A DNA stretch of 64,000 bases. Source: Oculina patagonica. Lineage: Eukaryota. The stretch spans positions 6,324,001-6,388,000 of the forward strand of contig NC_135770.1 of the NCBI RefSeq assembly GCF_052425735.1, written 5' to 3'. The notes under the pieces were generated by a model, which was given only the letters and a program-made list of their open reading frames with translations, was not told the origin of the DNA and did not search any database. The translations under genes were made by a program, and so were the position numbers. Shown here piece after piece: positions 51,567 through 64,000 of this stretch; the stretch's first letter is position 1, and each line of letters opens with the position of its first letter.

Positions 51567-52446
51567 AAAGCGTTCAACGAGACAGGAGCGGTAACCTGGT
51601 GGCCATAGTAAAGCGAGTGGGTAGCTTATGGCAAGCGGGAGACGAGAGGATGAAAAGAGGAGGTTCCCAAGGTGAAGAGAAATGGAAAAACTAGAAATTT
51701 ATTTTTGCAATATTGGAGTTTTTGGGTAATATGTTTGCATTAGAAAGAACACAAAATTGCGGGGACCTCTTAATTAGTCAATTAAGTATTGGCCGGGGGA
51801 GGGAGGGAAAAGTGACAGCGGGAGATCTGAAATTCCCTTTTCTTATATCTTTTACTCAAGGTTTCCAGCACTTATTAAATAATGTAAAAATTCAGCTTTT
51901 TATCCTCGGAGTTATTAAAGTTCTTTATTGGGACCTTGAGAAAAAATACTTTAGGAGGAAGAATTTCTGAATCCAGAAAGAGTTATATTGCCTTGGTCCC
52001 GGATACATTTTTTCTCCTTTATCAAATAACACGAAAAAGAATAAGCAGGGTATTTATATGTGCTTGATATTGTTACAGCAATTGTACTGAAATAAAAGTT
52101 TATTGACACATAGGAAATTACAGTGTTGGGACAATAAACTGTGCCGGTCTTAGTTTCATATACCATTACTTGAAATCAAAAGGAATATACTATCATAACT
52201 GGTAAATTTAATTGTCTTTCCTTTGTTTAAATGCAATTAAAGCTAAAGCATAAAGTGTTATTTAATCCATACCACTTTTAAAGTTGTAACAAAATGATCA
52301 CGTGTTAACGTTCCTTTTTACGTTCGCCAAATTAATTGATAAACTGAGGCATAGATGATGATAAATGCAATGATATAAGTTTTATTTATTATACTCGCTG
52401 AGGTCTTTTAGTTGTGTAAAGCAGCTGTTTGAATCTCAAGCTCTTT

Positions 52447-55400
52447 TTACGCCTGACCATAACACTTGAGTTTTCCTAATGTATGATATCCTTCTTCGTT
52501 GTAACGATCCAAGTCTCCCAGTCTGATTTGTGTCACAGGCAGAGCAGACTTGTCTGTCAACAGGCCGCTGTCCTCAAACCAACCAACAGAACCTCCGTGA
52601 CAATTACACTGCCCACCGGAACAAGAGTTTGTTACTCCGCATGCGCACATCTTGTCATGGCCTGTAGCTCCGCCCCAGTAGTTCATCCGTGTTCCATCAC
52701 GTGACACCCACCAAGCATAACCTGTCTCTATAAAATCTATGTCATTATTGCACTCAAACTTGATAAACTGTTCACAGTTCTGTGAGATTCGAGTGAGTGC
52801 TGCTAGCTGAGCGGTGCTGACTCCAGTGTATCGCACATCTTTACTGTAACATCCTGGACCACCACATCCGGGAATGTTACCAACATGGGTTCTACTCTCA
52901 CTGTCGTGACTTATGACCGTCACGCCAACACCGCCCTTGTCACTCATGTCACAGTACACGCTGAAGGGAGTCACGCCACCCTTGCCATCAGGGTCAATCA
53001 TATAATTACCTGAAGAGCTTCCACTGCGACTCGACTTTAAATCGCTACAGCCTGACATGGGTTTCAGTACTTCAACAGCAGATGCTGCCTCGATAGAACG
53101 TTGAGAATTTTTTGCTTCGCAGGTATAAGTCCCAGCATCACTCGAAGAAACTCTTCGAAGAAGCAAAGTTCCGTTTGGATAAAGAACATGATTCTGAGGA
53201 ATATTTTGACCCGCTCTTTTCCAATCAATGTCAACTGAGCCATGAGCTGTACAGTGCAGTATTACATTGCTAAAATCTGATGCAACAACTTTCACTGGAG
53301 GGGTTAAGGTAAATTTGAGTTCATCAATCACTATTACTTGTGCGACAGCAGAGTCCTCTTCAAGGAGGTTCTTTGCCACGCACACATAATCCCCACCATC
53401 TGCTTTTGCTATATTGTGTATGGTCAATTTTTCACCGACAACTGGAGCCTTTGGCAATTGACTGAACGCTTTTCGCCACGTAACTGTTGGTTTGGGATGA
53501 CCAGTAGTTTGGCAGACCAGGCTCACGTTCTCTCCTTCTTCAACGATGACAGATGAGGGCTTCTGAGTGATCACCGCGCCAACTAGATTAAAGAACGAAC
53601 AAACAATAGTGATAAAACGATAGCTATTGAAATAGAACGAATTTAGAAAAATAAATTGAGAAAACTTGACAGACTGGAACTCTCTCGCTACATGTTGGCC
53701 ATCGGGAGTTTTCTTTTCTTTTTTTTCACCAATGGGATAGCTTTTCTTCTTTAGCTAATAGCTGTACAGTCAATATATCTTATTAGCCACGCGCGAGGGG
53801 CGTGCTGGGCGAATATTGGCCCGCGGTCTTGACAGTACGGATCGAGCGCAGCGAGGTCCGTACAAAAAAGACCGAGGGCCATTACGGTCCCGAGCAGGCT
53901 TGGTTAATAAGAGATTTATTACACGACTGGAAGCTTTGTGTAGTGAGAATTGCTACCTAGTAGATGTCGTGAAAAAACAATGTGAAGCAAAACTTTTACG
54001 CGCGCAAAAGAAGTTATATATATTTCTATGTAAGCCGGGTCATTTCATTTTCAAAGCAATAAAAACTCGGAAAAGATTTTGCAAAAAACAAATCTTTCAG
54101 AAATCTTGCGCTAAATCGCCCGGGAATTAGCGCGGGATCATCCGGGACAAAACCCGGTCCGATACTTGGAAAATATCGGCCCTCGCGGGACCGGAAATAA
54201 AGTAATCTGATTGGCTGATTTAGTTATTGGCCCTCGGACCGCCGTAGTCGTGTAATAATGTGAGTTATTGCACCAGCCATTTAAAATACACAGAGAAACA
54301 AACAAACAAAGGAGCAAAGAAAAGTGTCACAAGTGAATTAGAAAATATAATTAGAAACAGTTGACAGTTTACTTATGTAGAGAGAGGTTTTCTGTGTTGG
54401 AATGTATTTAACAAAGTATCCTGGGAAAACGCGCGGAATATCCCCTGACCCGTAGGTCCAGTTGGCCAAAATAAAAAGATAATCCGCAAGATTGAACAGG
54501 ATAATTGTTTTATTATTCAACACTGTGTTTCTTAACGAAACACATTTTAAAGCTAAAAAGCTGTGGTTACGCAGCGCTTAACGTACATGACGGCTAGTGA
54601 GAACATTGTTTTTCTGCCTGAAGTAAAGGAGTTCGTTGAAATTTCCTAAATCGTCGGTTTCGGGTTTGAAAAGCCGTAAAAACTTATCAAAATTTCAGAA
54701 AGTTGACTTGCGTTGCCATTTTAATGTTTTAAAATGTCGACGGAAATAAATTTCTAAGCGATTATAACAACGAAGCGATAGCTTCTTAGTTTCAGAACAG
54801 TTCATGTAAGCAATGGAAATAGTAAAATAAGTGGCAAGTTTAACACTATTCACCTTGAACAGATAACATAGCCGATGACGTCATTTCTCCAAGGATATTC
54901 CTTGCTACACAAGTGTATATTCCTTCATCTTGTGACGTAACATCTGTAATCATCAGACCACCACGTGACAGCACCACTTGTTTGCCCGCGAGAAGACTGG
55001 AATTCTGCTTCAGCCACGTGACTTTAGGTTCCGGGTTTCCTTCAACCTCGCACTGAAACGAGGCTGTATCAGTTTCGTTCACCACCATGGACATCGGAGG
55101 TGCCGCAATTGAAGGGGCTGAGATAGATTTACCAGGATCGCCCTTGGGTCCTTGGGGGCCTTGGTCGCCTTTTGGTCCCGGAGTTCCCTGAATTCCTTGA
55201 GTACCTTGGTTTCCTTTAGGTCCCTGTGGTCCTTGCGGCCCGGGCGGTCCATGTTTACCTGGAGAGCCTCTGGGACCAGGCCTGCCTCGTCTTCCCCTGA
55301 TGCTTTTGGGGCATTGAGCATTGCAGACCAGGCTACTTATAGCTAGTAGCACCTCTTTTCTGATATCTTTACGATCGATGGTTTCACTGGCATTTGATTT

Positions 55401-56449
55401 CTTGTTTGTAGTTTCCACATCTCTTTTATAACGAACGCGTAGCTCTGAAAGAAACAATTTACAATGAATTTAATACACGTCTGAGTTTATATTTCACTCA
55501 GTCGATTCAACGACTTTCGTTCCCAAAAGTCTAATTTAGAAGTGAACAAAAAGATTGCATAAGTTAAAGAAGTCGATAGATTCTAAGAATCTGATAAAGT
55601 TTGCAACAGCCAGGTGATTAATCAAGATCGGAACTGAGGTGGACAAATTGATATAGCCTAATTTGATTTCTTTCAAATTTGGCAGAGAATCAAACTAACC
55701 GTATGGCTTGTACTGATTATTGACTGACTACCAGCGTGATTAATTGCTCTCGAGCTCGCACGTGTTCATATCTAATTCTAGCCAGTAAACTAGCTTTTAA
55801 AATAATAGGCCTTTTCTTTTTTGACTGAAATGTTGTGGGAATGTTGCTGTTCGATGCTTCAATGTCTTTCCTGAAATGCTGACAGTCGCTCAAAGAAAGG
55901 ACACAAATGCTTCAAACATTTCTTATGTTACTGCGCTAGGACGTAAGGCAGAACAGTCTTCTGTAGGCTAACTTTAACTACCGGGCAAATGTTAATTAAA
56001 TGCTGGCATTATTCTTAATGATTTTACCTAACTTAACTTATCGTGTATAAGTTATTTCTGGAATATAGACTAAAATACTCTGGATTGTTTTCCCAAAATA
56101 AGAACACGGGATGGCGGTTCACAGGAGTCATGTTTCAACCTCCTTAGTTTCAGCTGTAGCTTCTTTAGATGAATAAAATTCCTTGTAAACAACTATTTTC
56201 TCGATAACTGTATTACTCACCTTTGTTTGCATCACTATGTAACATTTTTATCAGAAACTCATTTTCGTCGTTTGCTGTGTTTCGTAGCTCGAGCTTTTCT
56301 TCTCTTTGTTGATTTATGACTTGAAGCATTTTTCGATGAACATGAAGTTCGATCTCGACGTGAATCAATCCCGCGAAGCAAATAACGGTGAGAAATATCG
56401 ATGAAAACACCACCGTGTTGGAGACCGGGCGTGTCTTTGATATCTCCAT
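52447..56449 (-). CDS. Paralogue C: type II TM - furin site - collagen - 3 Ig - Caspr/fibrinogen-like domain, 651 aa
   Basis: Exons 56449-56221, 55444-54854, 53582-52447 (1956 nt in frame); same motifs as A. Confidence 0.9.
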
Positions 56450-58470
56450 AACACCGTGCGGCGAGGCTGCGAGAATTATCAAGCTTTGACAAAAGTCTTC
56501 GATATAGAGCGAAACTTGTGCCCGTGTGGTCGAAGGCAGACACAAAAAAAAAACACAATGTTTGTTGGCGCTACGCTCTAACCCTTCTTTGACCTTTTTC
56601 TGGTTTCAGCTTGCATTGGATCAGTTTCAAACTTAGGCTAGAGCTCTGTCATTTCTCCTGTCCATGTGTCATGTTCCTGTAGGTGTGGGGTGGGGGCATC
56701 GGTGAAAAGTTGTATTCTACAGTACAGTAAGATCGCGCAATATAACGACTTACCAAGGGACTGGGAAATTGTGCTTGTTATGTTACGGGTTTGTTATACC
56801 GGAGTGATGTCCCAGTACATTTCACTGTTAGTATAACGTTGGCTGGGGCTTCGTTATAAAGGGATTCGTTACATCGGGTTACTTAAATTGTTTGCTAAAA
56901 TTTAAGAGGATCGGTCGGAGTCTATACACCAACCCAGCGGAATATTGCTTTAAAATATTTGTAGTGTGAATATACAATGTAGAGTGACATATTTTGCCCT
57001 TAGTCCAGTTCGACTCACGCAACGTCATTGCGTGACCGAGAGAGAGAGAGGGCCAGAACTGGACATATTTTGCCCTTTGTTTAGGAATATGTATGAATTC
57101 TAGTAATAGCCAATGGCTAGAAAGTGCGGACGAGGACGATACGTGGTGTTTTGGGGTAAAAAAGGTTTATATTGTCCGAGGTATAGTCAGCAAGGAATGC
57201 TCAGTACTTATAAAATAATTCACACCCTTATAAGGGTGTGAATTATTTTCTAGGGCATGCCCTGCACCTGCACCTCTCTCCCGCTCCCAAACCCCCCATA
57301 AATTCACTGTTTACATTAATTTTCTCCAGTATCTGGTACTTCTCAAGGTTGAAAATAGTATGTGGTTTGACTAACCAAACGTTAAAAATTGCTGTTTCTG
57401 CTATCTCTTCTTTAAACTTCTTAAAACTATTGCCAAATCGCTGCACTGACTCCCGATATAACGCTCTAGACACATGTACGCGTTGCAGACCTATGTGTTC
57501 CATGCGGTCGGCAGGGAGGGCGAAAGTTCAACACCCAGGCGGGCAAGCACGTGGTATTTTTTCCCTCCGACGTGTTTTTTCTTTCTTTTTCCCCCCAAAA
57601 AAGCTAATAAGTGCTTCCCATTTATTATTTTACTCAATATTCCTGCATCGACATGCCCGCAATAGTTTTAAAGGGAGAGCGTACCTTCAGTACATGTCTG
57701 GACTGAAAAATAATCTTTCGTCTTGATCGACGCGCAATTTTCCGATGAGTGTTGCAAGGAAGGGAACAACGTCGTGCCTGCGAATAATGGTGGGGTAATG
57801 CTCGGCGCGCGATTTTCGTGCATGTTCCATATCTTCACTTCTGGAGCGTGATTCGCCTACCGAACTCACACACACGTTTGTAGTGTATAAGCGTTCCAGA
57901 CAGTAGCGGAAACCTGGTTGTTATAGTAAAGCGTGTGGGAACCTTATGTGAGACGAGAGGGTAAAAACAGGGGTTCCCAAGGTGAAGGGAAATAGAAAAA
58001 CATGAAATTCATTTTCGCAATATCGGAGTTTTTGCGTAATAATATTTTTGCATTAGAAAGAACACAAAGAGGCGGGGACAACCTAGTTAACTAAGTATTT
58101 CGAGACGGGGAGGGGGAGTGGCAGCAGGGGATTTGAAATTATCTTTTAGCAGAACTTTTGGAGTATTCAAGTTCTATATTGGGACCTTCAGAAAAAAAAA
58201 AACTTTAGGAGGAAGAATTTCTGAATCTGGAAGGAGATATATTGCCTTGGTGTAGGAGACATTTTATTTTTCTTCTTTGTCAAATAACATGAAAAACAAT
58301 TAGCAGGGTATTGTATATGTGCTTGACAATGTTACACCAATTGCACTGAAATAAGAGTTTATTGACACATAGGAAATTACAGTGTTGGGACAATAAACTG
58401 TGTCGGTCTTAGTTTCATAAACCATTAAATCTAAAGGAATATTTTTCTCAAAAACTATCATAACTGGTAA
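54854..58470. repeat. Near-identical segmental duplicate of 39456-43050
   Basis: Exon 2, intron 1, exon 1 and ~2 kb of upstream sequence match almost base for base at an offset of ~15.4 kb. Confidence 0.9.
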
Positions 58471-58708
58471 ATTTAATTGCCTTTCCTTTGTTTAAATGCT
58501 GTTACAGCTAAAGCATAAAGTGTTATTTAATCCACACCACTTTTTAAGTTATAAGAAAATGATCACTTGTTCCTTCTTACTTTCGCTAAATTAATTAATA
58601 AGCTGAGGCATACATGATAATAAATGCAATGATATAAGTTCTATTTATCAAACTCGCTGAGGTCTCTTAGTTTTGTAAAGCAACTGTGGGGATCTCAAGC
58701 TTTTTTTT

Positions 58709-61700
58709 TTACGCCTGACCATAACACTTGAGTTTTCCTAATGTATGATATCCTTCTTCGTCTGAGCCATTCAAGTCTCCCAGTCTGATTTGTGTCACAG
58801 GCAGAGCAGACTTGTCTGTCAACAGACCGCTGTCTTCAAACCAACCGGCCTTGCCATAGTTATCACAGTTACACTTTCTACCACCAGTACAAGAGTTTGT
58901 TACTCCGCATGCGCACATGTTGTCATGGCCTGTAGCTCCGCCCCAGTAGCTCATTTGTGTTCCATCGCGTGACACCCACCAAGCATAGTCTTTCTCAATA
59001 AACAAGATGTCATTATTGCACTCAAACTTGATAAACTGTTCACAGTTGTGTGAGACTCGAGTGAGTGCTGCTAGCTGAGCGGTGCTGACTCCAGTGTATC
59101 GCACATCTTTACTGTAACAACCTCGACCACTACATCCAGGAATGTTACCGACATGGGTTCTACTCTCACTGTTGTGACTGACGACAGTCACGCCGACACC
59201 GCTCTTGTCCCTCATGTCACAGTACACACTGAATGGAGTCACGCCTCCTTTACCATCAGGGTCAATCATGTAAGTACCGGACGAGCTTCCACTGCGGCCC
59301 GATTTTATACTGCTGCAGGACATGGGTAGATTGTACACTTCAAGAACAGATGTTGCCTCGATTGAACGCTGAGAATTTTTTGCCACGCATGAATAGGTTC
59401 CGGCATCACTTGTGGAAACGCTTTGAAGAAGCAAAGTTCCGTTTGGATAAAGAACATGATTCTGAGGGAGACTTTGGCCAGCTCTTTTCCAATCGATATC
59501 AACTGAGCCTTCAGCTGTGCAAGGCAATGTTACACAATTGTAAAGGGATGCAACAAGGATTAAGAACCATTATTTGGGCGGCAGCAGAGTCTTCTCCAAG
59601 GAGATTCTTAACTGTGCATGCGAAAGCTCCACTATCTGCTTTTGCTATATTGCGTATGGTCAAATTTCCATTAACAACGGAAGTCTTCTCTTTTGGTAAT
59701 TGACCGAACGCTTTTCGCCACGTGACTGTTGGTGTCGGCTGACCAGTAGTTTGGCAGACCAGGCTCACGTTTTGTCCTTCTTCAACGATGACAGATGAGG
59801 GCTTCCGAGTGATCAAGGCGGCAACTACATTAAAAAAAGAACAAACAACACTGATAAAACGATAATCATTGAACTAAAAGGAAGAAACAATTGAGTGAAC
59901 TTGACAGATTGAGGACTCTCTTCAAATCTACATGTTGGCCTGAAATACTAAATTTTAATGGATGATAAGTTAACTTTTTTTTTTTATCCTGACAACAGCT
60001 TTCTTTTATAGCTAATAGCTGTACAATCATGTAACTTATATACTACGAGCAGTCCCTATTTTTTCACAGAGTCCGTCGAGCGTGAAGCGAAAAATGTAAA
60101 TTATTGAAAACAAATCTTGATACAGTTGATAAATATGTTTATAACCCACCCTGAACAGATAACGAAGCCGATGACGTCATTTCTCCAAGAATATTCCTTG
60201 CTACACAAGTGTACTCTCCTTCATCTTGTGACGTCACATCTGTAATCATCAGACCACCACGTGAATGCACAACTCGTTTGTCCCCGACAAGACTGGAATT
60301 CTGCTTCAGCCACGTGACTTTAGGTTCCGGGTTTCCTTTAGCCTCACACTGAAACGAGGCTGTACCAGTTTCGTTAGCCACCATGGACAATGGAGGTGCC
60401 ACAATTGAAGGGGCTGAGATAGATTTACCAGGATCGCCTTTGGGTCCTTGCGGGCCTTGGTCACCTTTAGGTTCTGGAGTTCCCTGATTTCCTTGAGTAC
60501 CTTGGTTTCCTTTAGGTCCTTGTGGTCCTTGCGGCTCGGGCGGTCCATGTTTACCTGGAGAGCCTCTGGGACCAGGCCTGCCTCGTCTTCCCCTGAAGCT
60601 TTTGGGGCAATTGATATTACAGGCCAGGCTACTCAATGCAACTTGCAGTCTTCTGATTTCTTCACGATCAATGGTTTCGTTGGCGTTTGTTTTCCTGCCT
60701 GTTGTTTCCGGCACGTTGCGCTTGTTACGAATGTGTAGTCCTGCAAGAAACATCACAGAATGAATCTACTTAGTTTATGTTTCACTCAGTCTACTCATGT
60801 TTATGTTTCACTCAGTCTACTAAACGGACTTTTCAAAGCTTCGGTTACGTACCAAAAGGTTTAATTTGACAATGCACAGAGGAATTACATGAGTTTATCC
60901 TTTTGTGCACTGTCAAATTCGTATACCTGTGCTGCAACGAAACTATGGAATGTGCTATCATTTGACATAACAAGTGCCAGCACCGTTAGTATTTTAAAAG
61001 CCAAGCTAAAAACCCACCTTTCAAATCAAGCATTTTTATCCTGGTTCTTTTTAAATTGTTGTAAGTTTATTTACTTTTAATTGTAATTTTAGGTCTTTAT
61101 CCTTTTTTTTTCTTTTTAATCTTGTCATGCGCATTTGAACATTTTATGGAATTTGTGCATTATAAATGTTATTGTTGTTAAAATACAGTGACTTACAACT
61201 TGAAAAGGTTAACAAGACCCTCAAGATAAATCGAGATCTGAACTTATTCAAATTATTACCGCTGATTTGATTTGTTCTGAAATTGTCGGGAAAACAAAAA
61301 TACCGTATGGCTTGCACTGAAAAGCAGTGCGAGTAGTACAGGAGGTAAAAATAGGTTTCTGGGGGTAAACATACTTTTAAACTAGGCTTTGGTTTTCATT
61401 CTTCACTGAAATGTTTGTGCTCAGTGTTTCAGTACTAAAAATAAAGCCTATAGTTGTTGCAAAAAACAAACAATCATTAATTCAGCTAATTAACCCTTTC
61501 ACTCGTAAACGCGCATTCAGGCGCTATTTGGAGGTGCAGTCATTGAATCACTTGTGACGTCATCAATAAGCACGTCAGTGGAATTTCGTGATAAGAATCT
61601 GACAGAGGTTGGATCGACCTTTCTACAGGACTGTTCATTTTGAATATCGGTTGCATTCTGACAGAGCTAATCAAAGAAAAGCACAATCCATTTTTGGTGC

Positions 61701-62769
61701 AAAATCGTTGCTTAAACACCTATAATTGGTCAGGGTCCCCTTTTCAGTGTTTTCCAATGACAACTTCAAACTTTTTTTGGCCAAAAGAAAGGATATAAAG
61801 AGTAAAAAGTAAGAAGAATAAAAAGGCAGAAAAAAAAGGAAGCAAAAGGGGCAAAAAACAATTTGGATTGGTTCAGCAAAAAAGTCCAAATTTTAACTTA
61901 TGCGCATGCACCAAAGTAAAATATTGTATGTTTTTACACAGAATCTTTATCAAAATGTAGCTAAAGTAAAAAAGTGCTTCTTTCAACAAAGTTGAGGTGA
62001 ATTCAAGACCACAGTACCAAAATTTCAGTTTAGCGGCTAAAAAAAGCGTTTTTTGTGAAAATTTGGGTGTCAAAGGGTTAAATGCCTGTCTCTACTCTTA
62101 TTTTTGTATAGGCTAACTTTAAGTGTCACGAAAAAATGTCACTGAATGCTATTCTTAGTGAATAGGCCTTCAGCCGCAGCGACATCGAATTTTCGTCACT
62201 CGGTATTATCTTTAAAGGAAGGCATTAATGTAATATTTATTAATGCTGAAAGGATTACTTTCTTATAACAATTTTTCTTGATACCGTCTTACAAGAAAAG
62301 GCGCATATTTTAGATGTAAAACGCAATTTTTTACTCAGTTATAAACTTACAATTTGTTGTGCAAAACTTTTTACTAGAATATAGGGGCGATAAATTGCTG
62401 GGAATTGTTTCCCCAAAATAAGAACATGGGATGGCAATTCGCAGCAGTCATGTTTCAACTTCCTTAGTTTCAGCTGTAGCTTCTTTAGATAAATAAAATT
62501 CCTCGTCTATAACTATTTTCTCGATAACTGTATTACTCACCTTTGTTTGAATCACTGTGTAACATTTTCATCACAGACTCATTTTCGTCGTTTGCTGTGT
62601 TTCGTAGCTCGAGCTTTTCTTCTCTTTGTCGATTCAAGACTTGAAGCATTTGTCGATGAACGTGAAGTTCGATCTCGACGTGAATCAATCCCGCGAAGCA
62701 AATAACGGAGAGAAATATCGATGAAAACATTACCGTGTTGGAGACCGGGCGAGTCTTTGATATCTCCAT
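58709..62769 (-). pseudogene. Paralogue D: same architecture as A and C but frameshifted between Ig2 and Ig3
   Basis: Exons 62769-62541, 60740-60150, 59824-58709. A net ~32-bp loss near 59557-59566 relative to A gives a stop at 59511. Two Gly-to-Glu changes break the collagen (PPEPQ, TPEPK). Confidence 0.85.
61494..62077. mobile_element. piggyBac-type MITE
   Basis: TTAA|CCCTTT...AAAGGG|TTAA; absent from the homologous intron at ~48960. Confidence 0.8.
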
Positions 62770-62955
62770 AACACCGTCTGGCGAGGCTACCAGAATTATC
62801 AAGCTTTGACAAAAGTCTTCGTTATAGAGAGAAACTTATGCTTGTGTGATCCAAAACAGGCAAAAAACACAATGTTTGTTGGCGCTGAGCTCCAACGTTA
62901 ACCCTTCTTTGACTTTTTTCCGGTCTCAGTTTGCATTAGATCAATTTCAAACTTA

Positions 62956-63109
62956 TGGTGGATTTTCACTGACGCGTAATTTTTTACGTGCGTAAAAAAA
63001 TAGAGACAATGTATGAACGGCTTGCGTACACGTTTACGCAGGCCGTTCATACATTGTCTCTAATTTTTTTCACGCACGTAAAAATTTACGCGTCAGTGGA
63101 AATCCACCA
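62956..63109. mobile_element. Fold-back Harbinger-like MITE with TTA TSD in the promoter region of paralogue D
   Basis: TTA|TGGTGGATTTTCACTGACGCGTAA...TTACGCGTCAGTGGAAATCCACCA|TTA. Paralogues A and C show the empty site caaacttaggctagag. Confidence 0.85.
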
Positions 63110-63319
63110 TTAGGCTAGAGCTCTTTCATTTCTCCTGTCCATGTGTCATGTTCCTGTAGTGTGGGGTGGAGGCATCGGTGAAAAGTTGTATTCCACAGTA
63201 GAGTAAGATCGCAATATAATGACGTCTTACGTATACCAAGAAACTGGGAAATTGTCCTCGATATATTACAGGTTTGTTATACCGGAGTGTTGTCCTAATA
63301 CATTTTACTGTTAGTATTA

Positions 63320-64000
63320 AGGTGAAGGGAAATGGAAAAACTGGAAATTTATTTTCGCAATATTGGGGTTTTTGCGTAATATTTTTTGCATCAAAATAAC
63401 ACAAAGAGGCGAGACCACCTAGTCAACTAAGTATTGGAGAGGGGGGGGGGGGGGGGAGTGGTAGCAGGGGATCTGCAATTCCCATTCCCATATCTTTTAC
63501 ACAAGGTTCCCTGCACTGAACTCGAATGACGTCAGTAAAAATTCAACTTTTTAGCCTTGAGAGCCTTGAAGTTATATGAGTTCTTTTTTAGGACCTTAAG
63601 AGAACAATGAAAGCTTTAAGAGGAAAAATATCTGAATCCAGGCGGAATTATATTACTTGGTCTCGGAGACTTTTTCTTCTTTGTCAAATAACATGAAAAG
63701 GAATAAGCAGGGTGTGTATGTGCCTGAATACGTTACAGCAATGGCATTAAAATAATAGTTTATTGATACATAGGAAACCACAGCGTTGGGACAACAAACT
63801 GGGTCGGTCTTAATAGTTTCATCTACATTAGATCTAAAGGAATATTGCTCTCATAACTGGACATTTTTTGTCCAAATGCTGCTGAAGCTAAAGCATAAAG
63901 GGCTATTAATTCCATACTATTTGTCACGTTTCAGTGTTACTACTAAATCACATGCACTCCTTTTAACTTTCGCAATCGCTAAATTAAACTGAGGTACATG
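63320..64000 (-). other. 3' flank/UTR of a probable fifth paralogue lying beyond the window edge
   Basis: Homologous to the sequence downstream of the stop codons of B (42565-43200), C (51670-52355) and D (57980-58615). Confidence 0.65.

Noticed and set aside
38058-59340. Calling the array genes CNTNAP/Caspr, neurexin IV, hemicentin or fibrillar collagen
   Set aside because: They lack laminin-G, discoidin and EGF domains and a long triple helix, and they have type II topology; only single modules are shared.

Overview
Eukaryotic, intron-rich, AT-rich animal DNA. The SINE/MITE repertoire and gene families point to an anthozoan cnidarian, probably a stony coral (inference). Left half: the last 8 exons of pyruvate carboxylase (+), with an intronless class A GPCR nested antisense in one intron; a composite DNA transposon; TRPT1 (+, 8 exons) converging on PDCD2 (-, 4 exons); a degenerate spliced gene ending in an acidic exon; and a 185-aa MGCGSS-start Pro/Gln/Tyr-, His- and GGGFD-rich protein. 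Right half (38-64 kb): a minus-strand tandem array of at least four paralogues. Each encodes a type II membrane anchor, a furin-type site, a short collagen, 0 or 3 Ig domains and a Caspr/fibrinogen-like C-terminal domain. In that domain a nearly invariant framework carries four hypervariable patches. One paralogue has lost all Ig domains and expanded its collagen, and another is frameshifted. This array is the best candidate for an undescribed diversified recognition (immune-type) system. Exon boundaries were read by eye from GT-AG sites and checked for frame continuity. No database search was run.
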